From NCBI GenBank assembly GCA_022072165.1, contig JAJVIF010000001.1:1258598-1322597 (forward strand): a stretch of DNA of 64,000 bases, written 5' to 3'. Shown piece after piece: positions 52,698 through 62,233 of this stretch (within the stretch, counting starts at the first letter, position 1; each line of letters begins with the position of its first letter). The translations under genes and the position numbers were made by a program. The notes below the pieces were generated by a model. That model was not told where the DNA came from and ran no database searches. It saw only the letters and a list, made by a program, of their open reading frames with translations. This stretch comes from a bacterium (GTDB lineage Bacteria; JAJVIF01).

Positions 52698-54278
52698 CTA
52701 GAGCCCCAGGTCCCGCAGCAACGCTTCCGCTTTGGCGCGGGCGGCGGGTGGCAGGGTCATTGGCGCGGGCCAGTCACGGACCACTCCCTCCCCTGGCCAT
52801 TTGTTGGTGGCATCGATGCCCATTTTGGTCCCGAGGCCAAAGTACGGCGCGGCATGGTCGAGGACATCGAGGGGTCCCTCGATGATCATGGCGTCACGAC
52901 CGGGAGAGGTATGTGCCCCAATGCGAAAGAGGACCTCGCTGATGTCCTGGACATCGCAGTCAGCGTCCACCACGACGATGTACTTCGAGAACATCATCTG
53001 CCCAAGTCCCCAGAGGCAGCTCATGACCTTTTTGGCGTGCCCGGGGTAGGCCTTCTTAATGCTGACGAAGACGAAGTTGTGGAACACCCCTTCCCAGGGG
53101 AGGTGCATATCGACGACTTCAGGCAACTGGACCCGCAGGAGCGGCAGGAAAATCCGCTCGGTGGCTTTGCCCAGCCAGCAGTCCTCCATGGGGGGCTTGC
53201 CCACGACTGTACTGAGGTAGATGGGGTCTTTGCGCCGCATGATGCCAGTGACATGAAAGACCGGATAGGGCTCCGGCAGGGTGTAGTAGCCGGTGTGGTC
53301 GCCGAAGGGCCCTTCGATACGCTCTTCATCGAGACTTACATAGCCTTCCAGCACCATTTCGGCATGGGCTGGGACCTCGACATCGATCGTCGCGCACTTC
53401 ACGAGCTCCACCGGCGACTTGCGAATGAAACCCGCCAGCAGGAGTTCATCGATGCCATTGGGGAGGGGCGCTGAGGCGGAGTAAATGGTGGCGGGGTCGC
53501 CGCCGATGACACAGGCGACCTCCATGCGATCTTTGCCCAGCTCGCGCAGGGAGCGGTATTGCTCCGCGCCTCCCTTGTGCCGATGCCAGTGCATCCCCGT
53601 CGTCTGACCATCGTAGACCTGCATCCGGTAGAGCCCGACATTGCGATGGCCGCTGGCCGGGTCGTGACTGTAGATGCCGCCGAACGTGATAAAGCGTCCG
53701 CCATCTTCGGGCCAGCATTTCAGCACCGGCAGCCGCAGGAGGTCGGGCTTGGAGTCGATGACTTCTTTCACCGGCCCATCTTTGACAAGCTTGGGCGGGA
53801 ACTGCGCCATCTGCGCCAGCTTCGGAAGCATCTTGAGCTTTTCGAGGAAACCTTTGGGCAGGTCGGGGACCAGCATTCCCTGGATCTCGGCAGCGATCTC
53901 GTTCATGTCGGTGGTGCCGAGCGCCCAGTTCATCCGGCGGGAGTTTCCAAAGGTGTTCATCAGCACCGGCATGTCGTAGCCCGGGACATTCTCAAAAAGG
54001 AGGGCTTTGCTCGCCTCCCCGCGCTTGTTCATCAGGTCGGTGATTGCCGTGATTTCCAGGTCGTTGGAAACTGGTGCTGTGATGCGGACCAGTTCTCCCT
54101 CGGCTTCCAGCAGCTTCAGGAAGTCCCGCAGATCTTTGTAGCGCAGATCGGTTTTGGTGGAGGGGGGAGTCGCGCCTCGCAGGGGCCGGAGGAGCCGGCC
54201 ATCGACCTGTTCGGGAGCGGTCCCCTGGCCGGGAGTGAAGCGGTAGTCGGGCAGCGCTGGAGCAGTTGGAGCAGTCAT
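52698..54278 (-). CDS. ubiD: UbiD-family (prenylated-FMN dependent) decarboxylase
   Basis: UbiD-family blocks (RFITFGGIYSHDPASGHRNVGLYRMQV ... EGPFGDHTGYY). Confidence 0.85.
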   Translation of the reverse strand: MTAPTAPALPDYRFTPGQGTAPEQVDGRLLRPLRGATPPSTKTDLRYKDLRDFLKLLEAEGELVRITAPVSNDLEITAITDLMNKRGEASKALLFENVPGYDMPVLMNTFGNSRRMNWALGTTDMNEIAAEIQGMLVPDLPKGFLEKLKMLPKLAQMAQFPPKLVKDGPVKEVIDSKPDLLRLPVLKCWPEDGGRFITFGGIYSHDPASGHRNVGLYRMQVYDGQTTGMHWHRHKGGAEQYRSLRELGKDRMEVACVIGGDPATIYSASAPLPNGIDELLLAGFIRKSPVELVKCATIDVEVPAHAEMVLEGYVSLDEERIEGPFGDHTGYYTLPEPYPVFHVTGIMRRKDPIYLSTVVGKPPMEDCWLGKATERIFLPLLRVQLPEVVDMHLPWEGVFHNFVFVSIKKAYPGHAKKVMSCLWGLGQMMFSKYIVVVDADCDVQDISEVLFRIGAHTSPGRDAMIIEGPLDVLDHAAPYFGLGTKMGIDATNKWPGEGVVRDWPAPMTLPPAARAKAEALLRDLGL

Positions 54279-54317
54279 GCCCCGAGTATATGGGCAGAGT
54301 CGCGCGGGGGTGACTGG

Positions 54318-55493
54318 CTAGCCGCCAGCTTTGAGCGCTGCGATGCCGGGAAGCTCGAGTCCGGCGAGGAGTTCGAGCGACGCGCCGCCGCCGGTCGAAA
54401 GATGGGTGAAGCCATCGGCGACCCCCGCCTGATGGATCGCCGCAAGGCTGTCCCCGCCGCCTGCAACAGCGGTCGCATCACCATCAGCGATACGTCGCGC
54501 CAGTTCCAGGGTCCCTTCCGCGTACTGGGGATTCTCAAAGACACCCACTGGGCCGTTCCAGAAAATCGTCGTGGCTTCCGAGAGGATGTCGGAAAACTTT
54601 TCGATCGTCTCAGGCCCGATGTCGAAGCCGGCGAGGGAATCCGGGATCTGGTCCGCCGGGTGGACGCCGACGGCGGGTTCTTTGAGGGAGGTCCCGCAGA
54701 CTGCGTCATCTGGCAGGAAGATCAGCTTGCCCCGCATCTCACTCTCGTTCAGAAACGCCATGGCATCCTCGAGGGCATCGGCTTCGACCAGGCTCTTGCC
54801 GACCGCCCCCCCCTCGGCCTTTATGAAAGTGAAAGCCATCGCTCCCCCGATGAGAAGCTGGTCTGCACGGATCAACAGATTGCGGAGAATCGGGAGCTTG
54901 TCTGAAACTTTGGATCCACCGACCAGCGCCACAAACGGGCGATCTTCCACGCCGAGGTTCAGCAGGCGCGAGAGCTGCTCAACTTCGTCGAAGAGCAGAA
55001 AGCCGGGGTATGAGGGCAGCAGATGGGCGATGCCGACAATCGACGCGGCGGGTCGATGGGCGGTGCCGAACGCATCATTGACATAGGCAGTGGCGAGTCG
55101 CGCCAGGAGCGCGGCGAAGGCGGGATCGTTCTTCTCTTCACCCGGATGAAAGCGGAGATTTTCGAGCAGGACGATCCCGCTCGCGGGAAAACCCTCGGCG
55201 AACGGATCAGCATCCACATAATCGGTGATGAGGGGGACCTCACATCCCAGGAGAGTCGCGAGATGGGCGGCGACCGGGGCGAGGGATAGGGTCGGGTCCA
55301 CCCCCTTGGGGCGTCCGAGATGACTGGCGAGGACGACCTGGCAGCCCTGGTCACGGAGGGCCCGGAGGGTCCGGAGCGAGGAGGTAATACGGGTGTCATC
55401 GGTGATGACCCCATCGCTGAGCGGGACGTTGAGGTCGGCGCGGAGGAAGACGCGCTGTCCGTGAAGGGCAAGGGTTGCAGGGTCGGTCCACAT
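54318..55493 (-). CDS. pgk: Phosphoglycerate kinase
   Basis: RVFLRADLNVPL ... ASHLGRPKG N-terminal motifs. The length is typical. Confidence 0.9.
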   Translation of the reverse strand: MWTDPATLALHGQRVFLRADLNVPLSDGVITDDTRITSSLRTLRALRDQGCQVVLASHLGRPKGVDPTLSLAPVAAHLATLLGCEVPLITDYVDADPFAEGFPASGIVLLENLRFHPGEEKNDPAFAALLARLATAYVNDAFGTAHRPAASIVGIAHLLPSYPGFLLFDEVEQLSRLLNLGVEDRPFVALVGGSKVSDKLPILRNLLIRADQLLIGGAMAFTFIKAEGGAVGKSLVEADALEDAMAFLNESEMRGKLIFLPDDAVCGTSLKEPAVGVHPADQIPDSLAGFDIGPETIEKFSDILSEATTIFWNGPVGVFENPQYAEGTLELARRIADGDATAVAGGGDSLAAIHQAGVADGFTHLSTGGGASLELLAGLELPGIAALKAGG

Positions 55494-55598
55494 GGCGTGG
55501 GGGAGCGTAGCAGATTGCAGTCAGGACCGGGTCAAGAGATTAGAGATTCATGTCGTAATGGACGACGGTGCTGGCGTGGCAGTCCAGCGGAGGGAGCG

Positions 55599-55979
55599 CT
55601 ATTCCGGCATCAGGGGGATGGCGGCCGCCTGCGTAAGCGCCACCACATGCTCCAGCACCGCAATCAACGGCGACCGATCCTGCCCTTTCCATTGCCGCGT
55701 GCAATACCCCGCGATTTCTGGACCCGGCAGGAAGCCTCGCTCGGCATCATCCACCAGCAGCATCACAGGCTCCATGGCGCTGTCGAGCGACTTCATCCAG
55801 GTCAGGAGCGCCGGGGGCCGACCCTCCGGGTCATACCGAAACACCATCCCCTGCTCCAGCCCACGGACATGCAGGCTGAAGCCCCGGGAAGGGCCGACTT
55901 CCCCTTCGTTGCCGGGTCGGACTTCCAGGTCGTGCGCGACCGCGAACGCCAGACCCCATTCGGTGAGTGTCAGGGTCAT
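55599..55979 (-). CDS. Hypothetical protein
   Basis: ORF between gap and pgk with an ATG at 55977-55979. No motif recognised. Confidence 0.3.
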   Translation of the reverse strand: MTLTLTEWGLAFAVAHDLEVRPGNEGEVGPSRGFSLHVRGLEQGMVFRYDPEGRPPALLTWMKSLDSAMEPVMLLVDDAERGFLPGPEIAGYCTRQWKGQDRSPLIAVLEHVVALTQAAAIPLMPE

Positions 55980-55984
55980 GGTGC

Positions 55985-57025
55985 TCAGGAGGCCGCCGCA
56001 GGAGCACTGGAAGAGAGTGCCTGCTCCACACGTTGGATGTGTTCCAGTGCCCGGATTAGCTGCGCCGTGTAGCCCCACTCGTTGTCGTACCAGGCGAGGC
56101 AGTAGACGAGATGCGGATCGATGATGCTGGTCGACAGGGCATCCACCACCGCCGCCTTGTCGCTCCCCCGGACATCGCTGGAGACAATCGGATCTTCGTT
56201 GAGTTCGAAGAATGATTGCCAGGTTCCATGCGCCTTATCCCGGAACGCATCGTTGATCTGCGACGGCGACTCCACGGGTTCCCGTAACCGGATGGTGCAG
56301 TCAAGGGCCGAGCAGGTCTGGACCGGCACCCGCAACGCAGTCGCATGGAGCTTGCCCGCGAGGTGCGGCAGGATTTCCGCTACCGCTTTGCCGGCCCCGG
56401 ACGAGGTCGGGATGATGTTCGTGGCGGCATTGCGGGCGCGACGCCAGTCTTTGCTGTGGCGGCGATCCAGGATCATCTGGTCGTTGGTGTAGGCATGGAC
56501 AGTCGTGAGGTTGCCGGCTTCGACTCCAAACGCGCTGTCGAGTGCTGCCATCACCGGCACGGCACAGTTGGTGGTGCAACTGGCAGCGCTCACCAGGAAG
56601 TGCTGATCCGGCCGGAAACCTTCGTGATTGATGCCTGGAACCATTGAAAAGTCGACACCCTTCGCAGGCGCGCTGATGAGAACCCGCCGGGCACCCGCCT
56701 GGAGGTACGGCTCCACTTTGTCGCGGCTGTTGAACGCACCGGTGCATTCCAGCACGAGGTCGATGCCCAGCTCGCCCAGGGGGAGGTCGAGGATGTTGCG
56801 GGCTACAAAATGCCGGACCTGATGTCGCCCGATTTGCGTATGACTGTCGCGTGTTCCGCTGATATCGGGGAACGTGCCGTAGTTGGAGTCGTAGCGGATG
56901 AGATGCAGGATCTGCTCGTAGTCGGAGAGATCGTTGACGCCCACGATGTCGACCCCGGGATGGAACGCCAACTGCCGCAGGGCCAGCCGCCCGATCCGCC
57001 CCATACCGTTGACGAAGACACGCAC
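55985..57025 (-). CDS. gap: Glyceraldehyde-3-phosphate dehydrogenase
   Basis: VNGMGRIGR NAD-binding motif and the catalytic-Cys context SAASCTTNC. Confidence 0.9.
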   Translation of the reverse strand: MRVFVNGMGRIGRLALRQLAFHPGVDIVGVNDLSDYEQILHLIRYDSNYGTFPDISGTRDSHTQIGRHQVRHFVARNILDLPLGELGIDLVLECTGAFNSRDKVEPYLQAGARRVLISAPAKGVDFSMVPGINHEGFRPDQHFLVSAASCTTNCAVPVMAALDSAFGVEAGNLTTVHAYTNDQMILDRRHSKDWRRARNAATNIIPTSSGAGKAVAEILPHLAGKLHATALRVPVQTCSALDCTIRLREPVESPSQINDAFRDKAHGTWQSFFELNEDPIVSSDVRGSDKAAVVDALSTSIIDPHLVYCLAWYDNEWGYTAQLIRALEHIQRVEQALSSSAPAAAS

Positions 57026-57084
57026 TGTCGTTACCCCCTGTAGCGGGCCGTCTGAATCGACCGCATTTTCATCTTAGCAAAGGC

Positions 57085-58041
57085 CTATTGCCGGTACCGC
57101 TCATCCTCTTTGGTGAGGTCGCGATCCATCAGGACCGTCTGTGCACCGATTCTGGTGAGGGCCTGCTGCAGCATCCGGGTCATGGTGGGAGCCCGGTGTC
57201 TCCCTCCCGTACAGCCGATGGCAACGGTCAGGCTGAAGCGCCCTTCGGCGATGAACTGGGGCATCAGGAAAGTGATGAACTCGGAGAGATGACGGAGGTA
57301 CTCCTGCGCCACCGGGTCCCGCATGACGTAGTCCTGGACAGCGTCATCGGCCCCTGTAAAGGGCCGCAGTTCTTCGTTGTAGTGGGGATTGGGGAGGGTC
57401 CGGACATCGAATACCAGGTCGGCATCCCGGGGAATGCCTGCTTTGAAGCCGAAGGAGACCAGCCGGACCACCAGCGGGATCGTCGGCTGGTCGGGTCGGA
57501 GGAGCGGGAGGATTTCACCCCGCAGACCGGCCAGCGTTTTGTCGGTGGTGTCGATGGTGAGGGCGGCTTCGGCGCGCAGCTCCTGCAGCAGCTCGCGTTC
57601 CATCTGGATCGCTTCCGGGAGGCTCCGGTCTGGTGCCAGGGGATGGGGACGCCGCGCTTCCTTAAAGCGCCGGACCAGGACATCTTCCTGGGCATCGAGG
57701 AACAGGACCCGGACGTCGTATCCCGCCTCCCTCAGTTCGCGGATTACCCGCATGGCATCCTGGAAAAATTCCCGGCCACGGATGTCGATGCCCAGGGCGA
57801 CACCCTGAATGGCGGAGCCTGCCTGGAACGCGAGTTCGAGAAATTTGTCGATGAGCGGGAGCGGGAGATTGTCGACACAGAAGTAGCCGAGGTCCTCGAA
57901 AATGCGCAGGGCACTCGATTTCCCTGCCCCGGACATCCCCGTGAGCACGAAGATCTGCCGGGGGGCCGCCGCGCCTGCTGCGGGATCTTCGGCGACGGAC
58001 TCCGGAGTCCAGATGGTGGTGCCTGATAACTCCTCGACCAT
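57085..58041 (-). CDS. rapZ: RNase adapter protein RapZ (YvcJ-family P-loop protein)
   Basis: IFVLTGMSGAGKSSALRIFEDLGYFCVDNLP. Confidence 0.85.
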   Translation of the reverse strand: MVEELSGTTIWTPESVAEDPAAGAAAPRQIFVLTGMSGAGKSSALRIFEDLGYFCVDNLPLPLIDKFLELAFQAGSAIQGVALGIDIRGREFFQDAMRVIRELREAGYDVRVLFLDAQEDVLVRRFKEARRPHPLAPDRSLPEAIQMERELLQELRAEAALTIDTTDKTLAGLRGEILPLLRPDQPTIPLVVRLVSFGFKAGIPRDADLVFDVRTLPNPHYNEELRPFTGADDAVQDYVMRDPVAQEYLRHLSEFITFLMPQFIAEGRFSLTVAIGCTGGRHRAPTMTRMLQQALTRIGAQTVLMDRDLTKEDERYRQ

Positions 58042-58174
58042 AGAAGTAGTGTACCGAGAAACCGCCTGAGGTCTCGGGACGGGTGAACCCTCCCTGTAAA
58101 GAGTGGGTCATATATTGCAATTCTGGGTATCCACCGCTGGATGTCCCATCACCCGGTCACTCAGGAGGGTATTG

Positions 58175-58351
58175 ATGCTCCGCTACGCGCTGATCTTTTT
58201 CATCCTCGCCATCGTCGCCGCCATCTTCGGCTTCGCCGGAATCGCAGGGGCGGCAGCCAACATCGCGCAACTGCTCTTCTACATCTTCCTGGTCCTGCTG
58301 CTGATCTCGGTCCTCATGAATCTGGCGGGAGGACGCGCACCAGCCCCCTAG
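58175..58351 (+). CDS. DUF1328/UPF0391-family small membrane protein
   Basis: [56 protein letters not shown] upstream. Confidence 0.7.
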   Translation: MLRYALIFFILAIVAAIFGFAGIAGAAANIAQLLFYIFLVLLLISVLMNLAGGRAPAP

Positions 58352-58359
58352 TGCGCGCC

Positions 58360-58980
58360 TCACTCCTGCCAGCGGACACCTTCTGCGCGGAGCAGACGCT
58401 GTTTCAGCGGCAGCCCCCCCCCATAGCCTCCCAGCGTGCCATCGGCCTGAATGACGCGATGGCAGGGAACCACCGGCGCGAGCACGTTCGCGCCGTTTGC
58501 GTTGCCCACCGCCCGGGCCGCCTGGGGGCGCCCGATGCGGGAAGCGAGTTCGCCATAGCTGACGGTCGTTCCCCAGGGGATCTGCTTCAGGGTCTGCCAG
58601 ACCTGCTGCTGGAACGGTGTCCCCAGCTGGTAATCGAGCGGCAAGTGAAACGGCTCAGGTACGCCAGTTCCGAAGCGGGCAAATGCCGCCTGGGCCTGCG
58701 CGAACGATGCTGAAACGTGAGCCTCGGGTGCTGCCAGTGGGCCGACGGTCCAGCCAGGAAGTCGTCGGTTGAGCTGCTCCAGCAGGTGGGCCTCGGCCTG
58801 GGACTGCGACTGATCAGCAAAGGCGAAGACCAGGAAGCCTGCAGGCCCCAGGATGGCTCCGCACCACTCCAGAGGCCCGTGCCAGCTGCCCATGATGAGC
58901 AACTGCGACGCGAGCGGATGGCGCGCTCCAGGCGGGGGTGTCAGGGTCCGGCAGGTGAGCGTGGTCGGCGTCATGGTCAT
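58360..58980 (-). CDS. ogt: Methylated-DNA--protein-cysteine methyltransferase
   Basis: VPCHRVI active-site PCHR motif. Confidence 0.75.
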   Translation of the reverse strand: MTMTPTTLTCRTLTPPPGARHPLASQLLIMGSWHGPLEWCGAILGPAGFLVFAFADQSQSQAEAHLLEQLNRRLPGWTVGPLAAPEAHVSASFAQAQAAFARFGTGVPEPFHLPLDYQLGTPFQQQVWQTLKQIPWGTTVSYGELASRIGRPQAARAVGNANGANVLAPVVPCHRVIQADGTLGGYGGGLPLKQRLLRAEGVRWQE

Positions 58981-59011
58981 CCTCCAGTGGAAGTGTGCTG
59001 CGCTGTGGGAA

Positions 59012-62000
59012 TCAGGACTTCCTTGGCGCGGCCTTCCCGGCTGGTTTCCTCCTGGCTGTGGCAGTCGCTTTGGTTGCAGGCGCTTTCGCCTTCGCGACAG
59101 GTTGTTTCGCAGTTCCTGATTTCGCTGCGGCTTTCTTCAGCGCGGCTTTTTCCAGTGCGGCTTTTTTGGCGACTTTCGCGACCCCGTTCGTCGCTGGTGC
59201 CACCTCGCCAGGTTCCGGGACCAGGTCGCCAGTAAAGAGCGCCTCGTTGTTGAAAATGAGCTTCAGGTAGTGGCCGGTGTAGCTGCCATCGACTTCGGCC
59301 ACCTGACGTGGCGTGCCGGTGGCGATGATCTGTCCGCCGCCGGCCCCACCTTCTGGCCCAAGATCAATGACATGGTCGGCATTGGCGATGACATCGAGGT
59401 TGTGCTCGATGACCACAACACTGTTGCCGCGATCCACCAGACGATCCATCACGCCCAGGAGCTTCTGGACATCGAAGTAGTGGAGTCCGGTGGTGGGCTC
59501 ATCGAGGACGTAGAGGATGTCGCCGGTCTTGACCTTGCTTAGCTCGAAAGCAAGCTTCACCCGCTGGGCTTCGCCACCGGAGAGGGTCGTGGCGGGTTGT
59601 CCCAGACGGATATAGCCGAGCCCCACATCGCTGATGACCTGGAACTTCTTGGCAATCGCCGGGATCGTGCTGAAGAACTCCACTGCTTCATCCACGGTCA
59701 GCGCCAGGACCTCGGCAATGCTCTTGCCCCGGTACTTCACTTCCAGGGTTTCCCGGTTGTAGCGCTTCCCCTGGCAGGATTCGCAGACGACATAGACATC
59801 GGGGAGGAAGTGCATCTCGATGCGGAGCACCCCATCGCCTTCGCAGGTCTCGCAACGACCGCCCTTGACGTTGAAGCTGAACCGCCCGGGGGCATAGCCC
59901 CGGACCTTGGCCTCCCGGGTGTTGGTGAAGAGGTCGCGGATTTTGTCGAAGACTTTGGTGTAGGTCGCCGGATTTGACCGGGGGGTACGGCCGATGGGCG
60001 ATTGGTCCACGACAATCACGCCATCCAGCTGCTCCAGTCCTTCGAGCTTTTTGTGCGCCCCCGGACGATCGGTCCGGAGTCCGAAGTGGTGCGCCACGGA
60101 GCGGTAGAGGGTTTCGTTGACCAGGGAGGATTTGCCGGACCCGGACACCCCAGTGACCGCACACAACACTTTGAGGGGAAACTTCGCCGTGACCTGTGCG
60201 AGGTTGTTGTGCGACGCCCCTTTGATGGTGATCCAGCCCTGGGGTTTGCGGTAGGTCTGCCGGTAGAGGTCGCGAATCCCCTTGCCGTACTTGAGATTGA
60301 GGAACCGTCCGGTGGGCGACTCCGGGATCCCCATCAGTTCCGTGGGCGTCCCCGCGCCGACAATCCGACCGCCATGCTCACCCGCCGCCGGTCCCAGGTC
60401 GATGAGATGGTCGGCAGCGAGGATCGTGTCCTCATCGTGCTCCACGACAATGACCGTGTTTCCCAGGTCGCGGAGATTCTTCAGGGTCCGGATGAGCCGG
60501 TCGTTATCCCGTTGATGGAGCCCGATTGTCGGTTCATCCAGGATGTAGAGCACGCCGGTGAGGTTGGACCCAATTTGGGTCGCGAGGCGGATCCGCTGCG
60601 CTTCCCCGCCGGAGAGTGTGGTGGCGTTGCGATGGAGGGTGATGTAGTCGAGGCCGACATCATTGAGGAAAGCAATGCGGTCGCGGATTTCCTTCATCAC
60701 CTGCGACGCGATCTGCATCTTCATCGAGGGGAGCTGGAGGGTATTCACGAACGCCAGGAGCTCCCCAATGGTGCTGCGGGTCATTTCATCGATGTTGAGG
60801 CCTCCCACACGCACCGCGAGGGGGAGGGGCTTCAGGCGGGTTCCCAGACAGGCAGGGCATGGCTTGTCTGCCATGTACTGCTCCAGCACTCCCCGAATGT
60901 AGTCACTGGAGGTTTCCAGAAAACGCTGATTCAGATAAGCGATGACCCCCTCGAACAGGTGGAGCCCCCGACGCCGTTGCCCTGCGGCATTCAGGTAGGT
61001 GAACTTCACCCGGACCGGTTCATCGAGGCCGTAGCAGAGTCGCTGGAAGGACTCCTCCGGCACGTTGTCGAGGGGGGTCTGGGGATCGATGCCGATGACT
61101 TCACCCGCCGCTTCGATCAGCGACTGCAGGTAGCTCCCAGCGCTCCCTTTCCAGGGGAGGAAGCCCCCCTGACTGAGGGAGCGACTCCGGTCGAACACCA
61201 GTTCGGGGTCGATTTCCTGCAGGCTCCCGAGGCCTTTACAGGTCTCGCAGGCACCGTAGGGAGAGTTGAACGAAAAGAGCTTCGGCGTGATTTCCCCGAA
61301 GCTCAGATTGCAGGAGGGGCAGGCGAACTGCTCGGAATAGACCACATCCCGTCCCTCATCGACGAGATGGACATAGAGCAGTCCCTCACCGTACTTCAGG
61401 GCGGTCTCGACCGACTCGGTGAGTCGCTGTTGCTGCTCGGCGTTCAGCGAGAGACGATCCACCACGATTTCGATGTCATGGATGGCATAACGGTCGATCT
61501 TGATGTCATCGGACAGATGATGGATTTTACCGTCGACCCGGACCCGGGAGAAGCCCTCTTTGGTGAGGTCCTGCAGGAGCTGTGTGTAGTTTCCCTTACG
61601 AGCACGGACCACCGGGGCCAGAATCAGCACCTTCGTATCGAGGGGCATCGTGAGAATGTGGTCCACGATTTCCTGCGGACTCTGGGGCGTGATCGGTCGC
61701 TGACAGGCCGGGCAGTGTGGGTCCCCTACTCTGGCGAACAACAGGCGGAGATAGTCGTAGATCTCGGTGACGGTCCCGACTGTCGAGCGGGGGTTCCGGC
61801 TGGAGGCTTTTTGGTCAATGGAAATCGCCGGTGAGAGCCCATCGATGAAATCGACATCCGGCTTGTCCATCTGCCCCAAAAACTGCCGGGCGTAGGAAGA
61901 GAGGGACTCGACATAGCGCCGCTGGCCCTCCGCATAGATGGTGTCGAACGCCAGGGAGGACTTGCCGGACCCCGAAAGTCCGGTGATGACGACCAGCTGG

Positions 62001-62083
62001 TCGCGGGGGATATCGACATCGACGTTTTTGAGGTTGTGCTGCCGCGCCCCCCGTACCGAAATGACCTGCTTACCCGGTGTCAT
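59012..62083 (-). CDS. uvrA: Excinuclease ABC subunit A with a Lys/Ala-rich C-terminal tail
   Basis: Two ABC ATPase modules ([20 protein letters not shown]) and zinc-finger Cys clusters. The last ~55 aa are [17 protein letters not shown]...APRKS. Confidence 0.95.
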   Translation of the reverse strand: MTPGKQVISVRGARQHNLKNVDVDIPRDQLVVITGLSGSGKSSLAFDTIYAEGQRRYVESLSSYARQFLGQMDKPDVDFIDGLSPAISIDQKASSRNPRSTVGTVTEIYDYLRLLFARVGDPHCPACQRPITPQSPQEIVDHILTMPLDTKVLILAPVVRARKGNYTQLLQDLTKEGFSRVRVDGKIHHLSDDIKIDRYAIHDIEIVVDRLSLNAEQQQRLTESVETALKYGEGLLYVHLVDEGRDVVYSEQFACPSCNLSFGEITPKLFSFNSPYGACETCKGLGSLQEIDPELVFDRSRSLSQGGFLPWKGSAGSYLQSLIEAAGEVIGIDPQTPLDNVPEESFQRLCYGLDEPVRVKFTYLNAAGQRRRGLHLFEGVIAYLNQRFLETSSDYIRGVLEQYMADKPCPACLGTRLKPLPLAVRVGGLNIDEMTRSTIGELLAFVNTLQLPSMKMQIASQVMKEIRDRIAFLNDVGLDYITLHRNATTLSGGEAQRIRLATQIGSNLTGVLYILDEPTIGLHQRDNDRLIRTLKNLRDLGNTVIVVEHDEDTILAADHLIDLGPAAGEHGGRIVGAGTPTELMGIPESPTGRFLNLKYGKGIRDLYRQTYRKPQGWITIKGASHNNLAQVTAKFPLKVLCAVTGVSGSGKSSLVNETLYRSVAHHFGLRTDRPGAHKKLEGLEQLDGVIVVDQSPIGRTPRSNPATYTKVFDKIRDLFTNTREAKVRGYAPGRFSFNVKGGRCETCEGDGVLRIEMHFLPDVYVVCESCQGKRYNRETLEVKYRGKSIAEVLALTVDEAVEFFSTIPAIAKKFQVISDVGLGYIRLGQPATTLSGGEAQRVKLAFELSKVKTGDILYVLDEPTTGLHYFDVQKLLGVMDRLVDRGNSVVVIEHNLDVIANADHVIDLGPEGGAGGGQIIATGTPRQVAEVDGSYTGHYLKLIFNNEALFTGDLVPEPGEVAPATNGVAKVAKKAALEKAALKKAAAKSGTAKQPVAKAKAPATKATATARRKPAGKAAPRKS

Positions 62084-62233
62084 GTCTGCGGTCCCCTTTT
62101 GGCAGCCTGTTGGCCAATCTGCGAGTCTACCAGTCAGGCTTCCCTGCAGTGACGCGGTGAGGAGGTCGCGTGTTACGCTACCTTCTGCCGGTGGACTCGG
62201 GGACGCATCATACTAAACATCTGTAACCCTGGC

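Noticed and set aside
53559-54905. 448-aa plus-strand ORF
   Set aside because: Antisense to ubiD and pgk.
57088-58026. 312-aa plus-strand ORF
   Set aside because: Antisense to rapZ.
60002-61834. 610-aa plus-strand ORF
   Set aside because: Antisense to uvrA.
62084-62233. Possible LexA/SOS box upstream of uvrA
   Set aside because: I looked for CTGT-N8-ACAG and GAAC-N4-GTTC style palindromes in the divergent promoter and found no convincing match.
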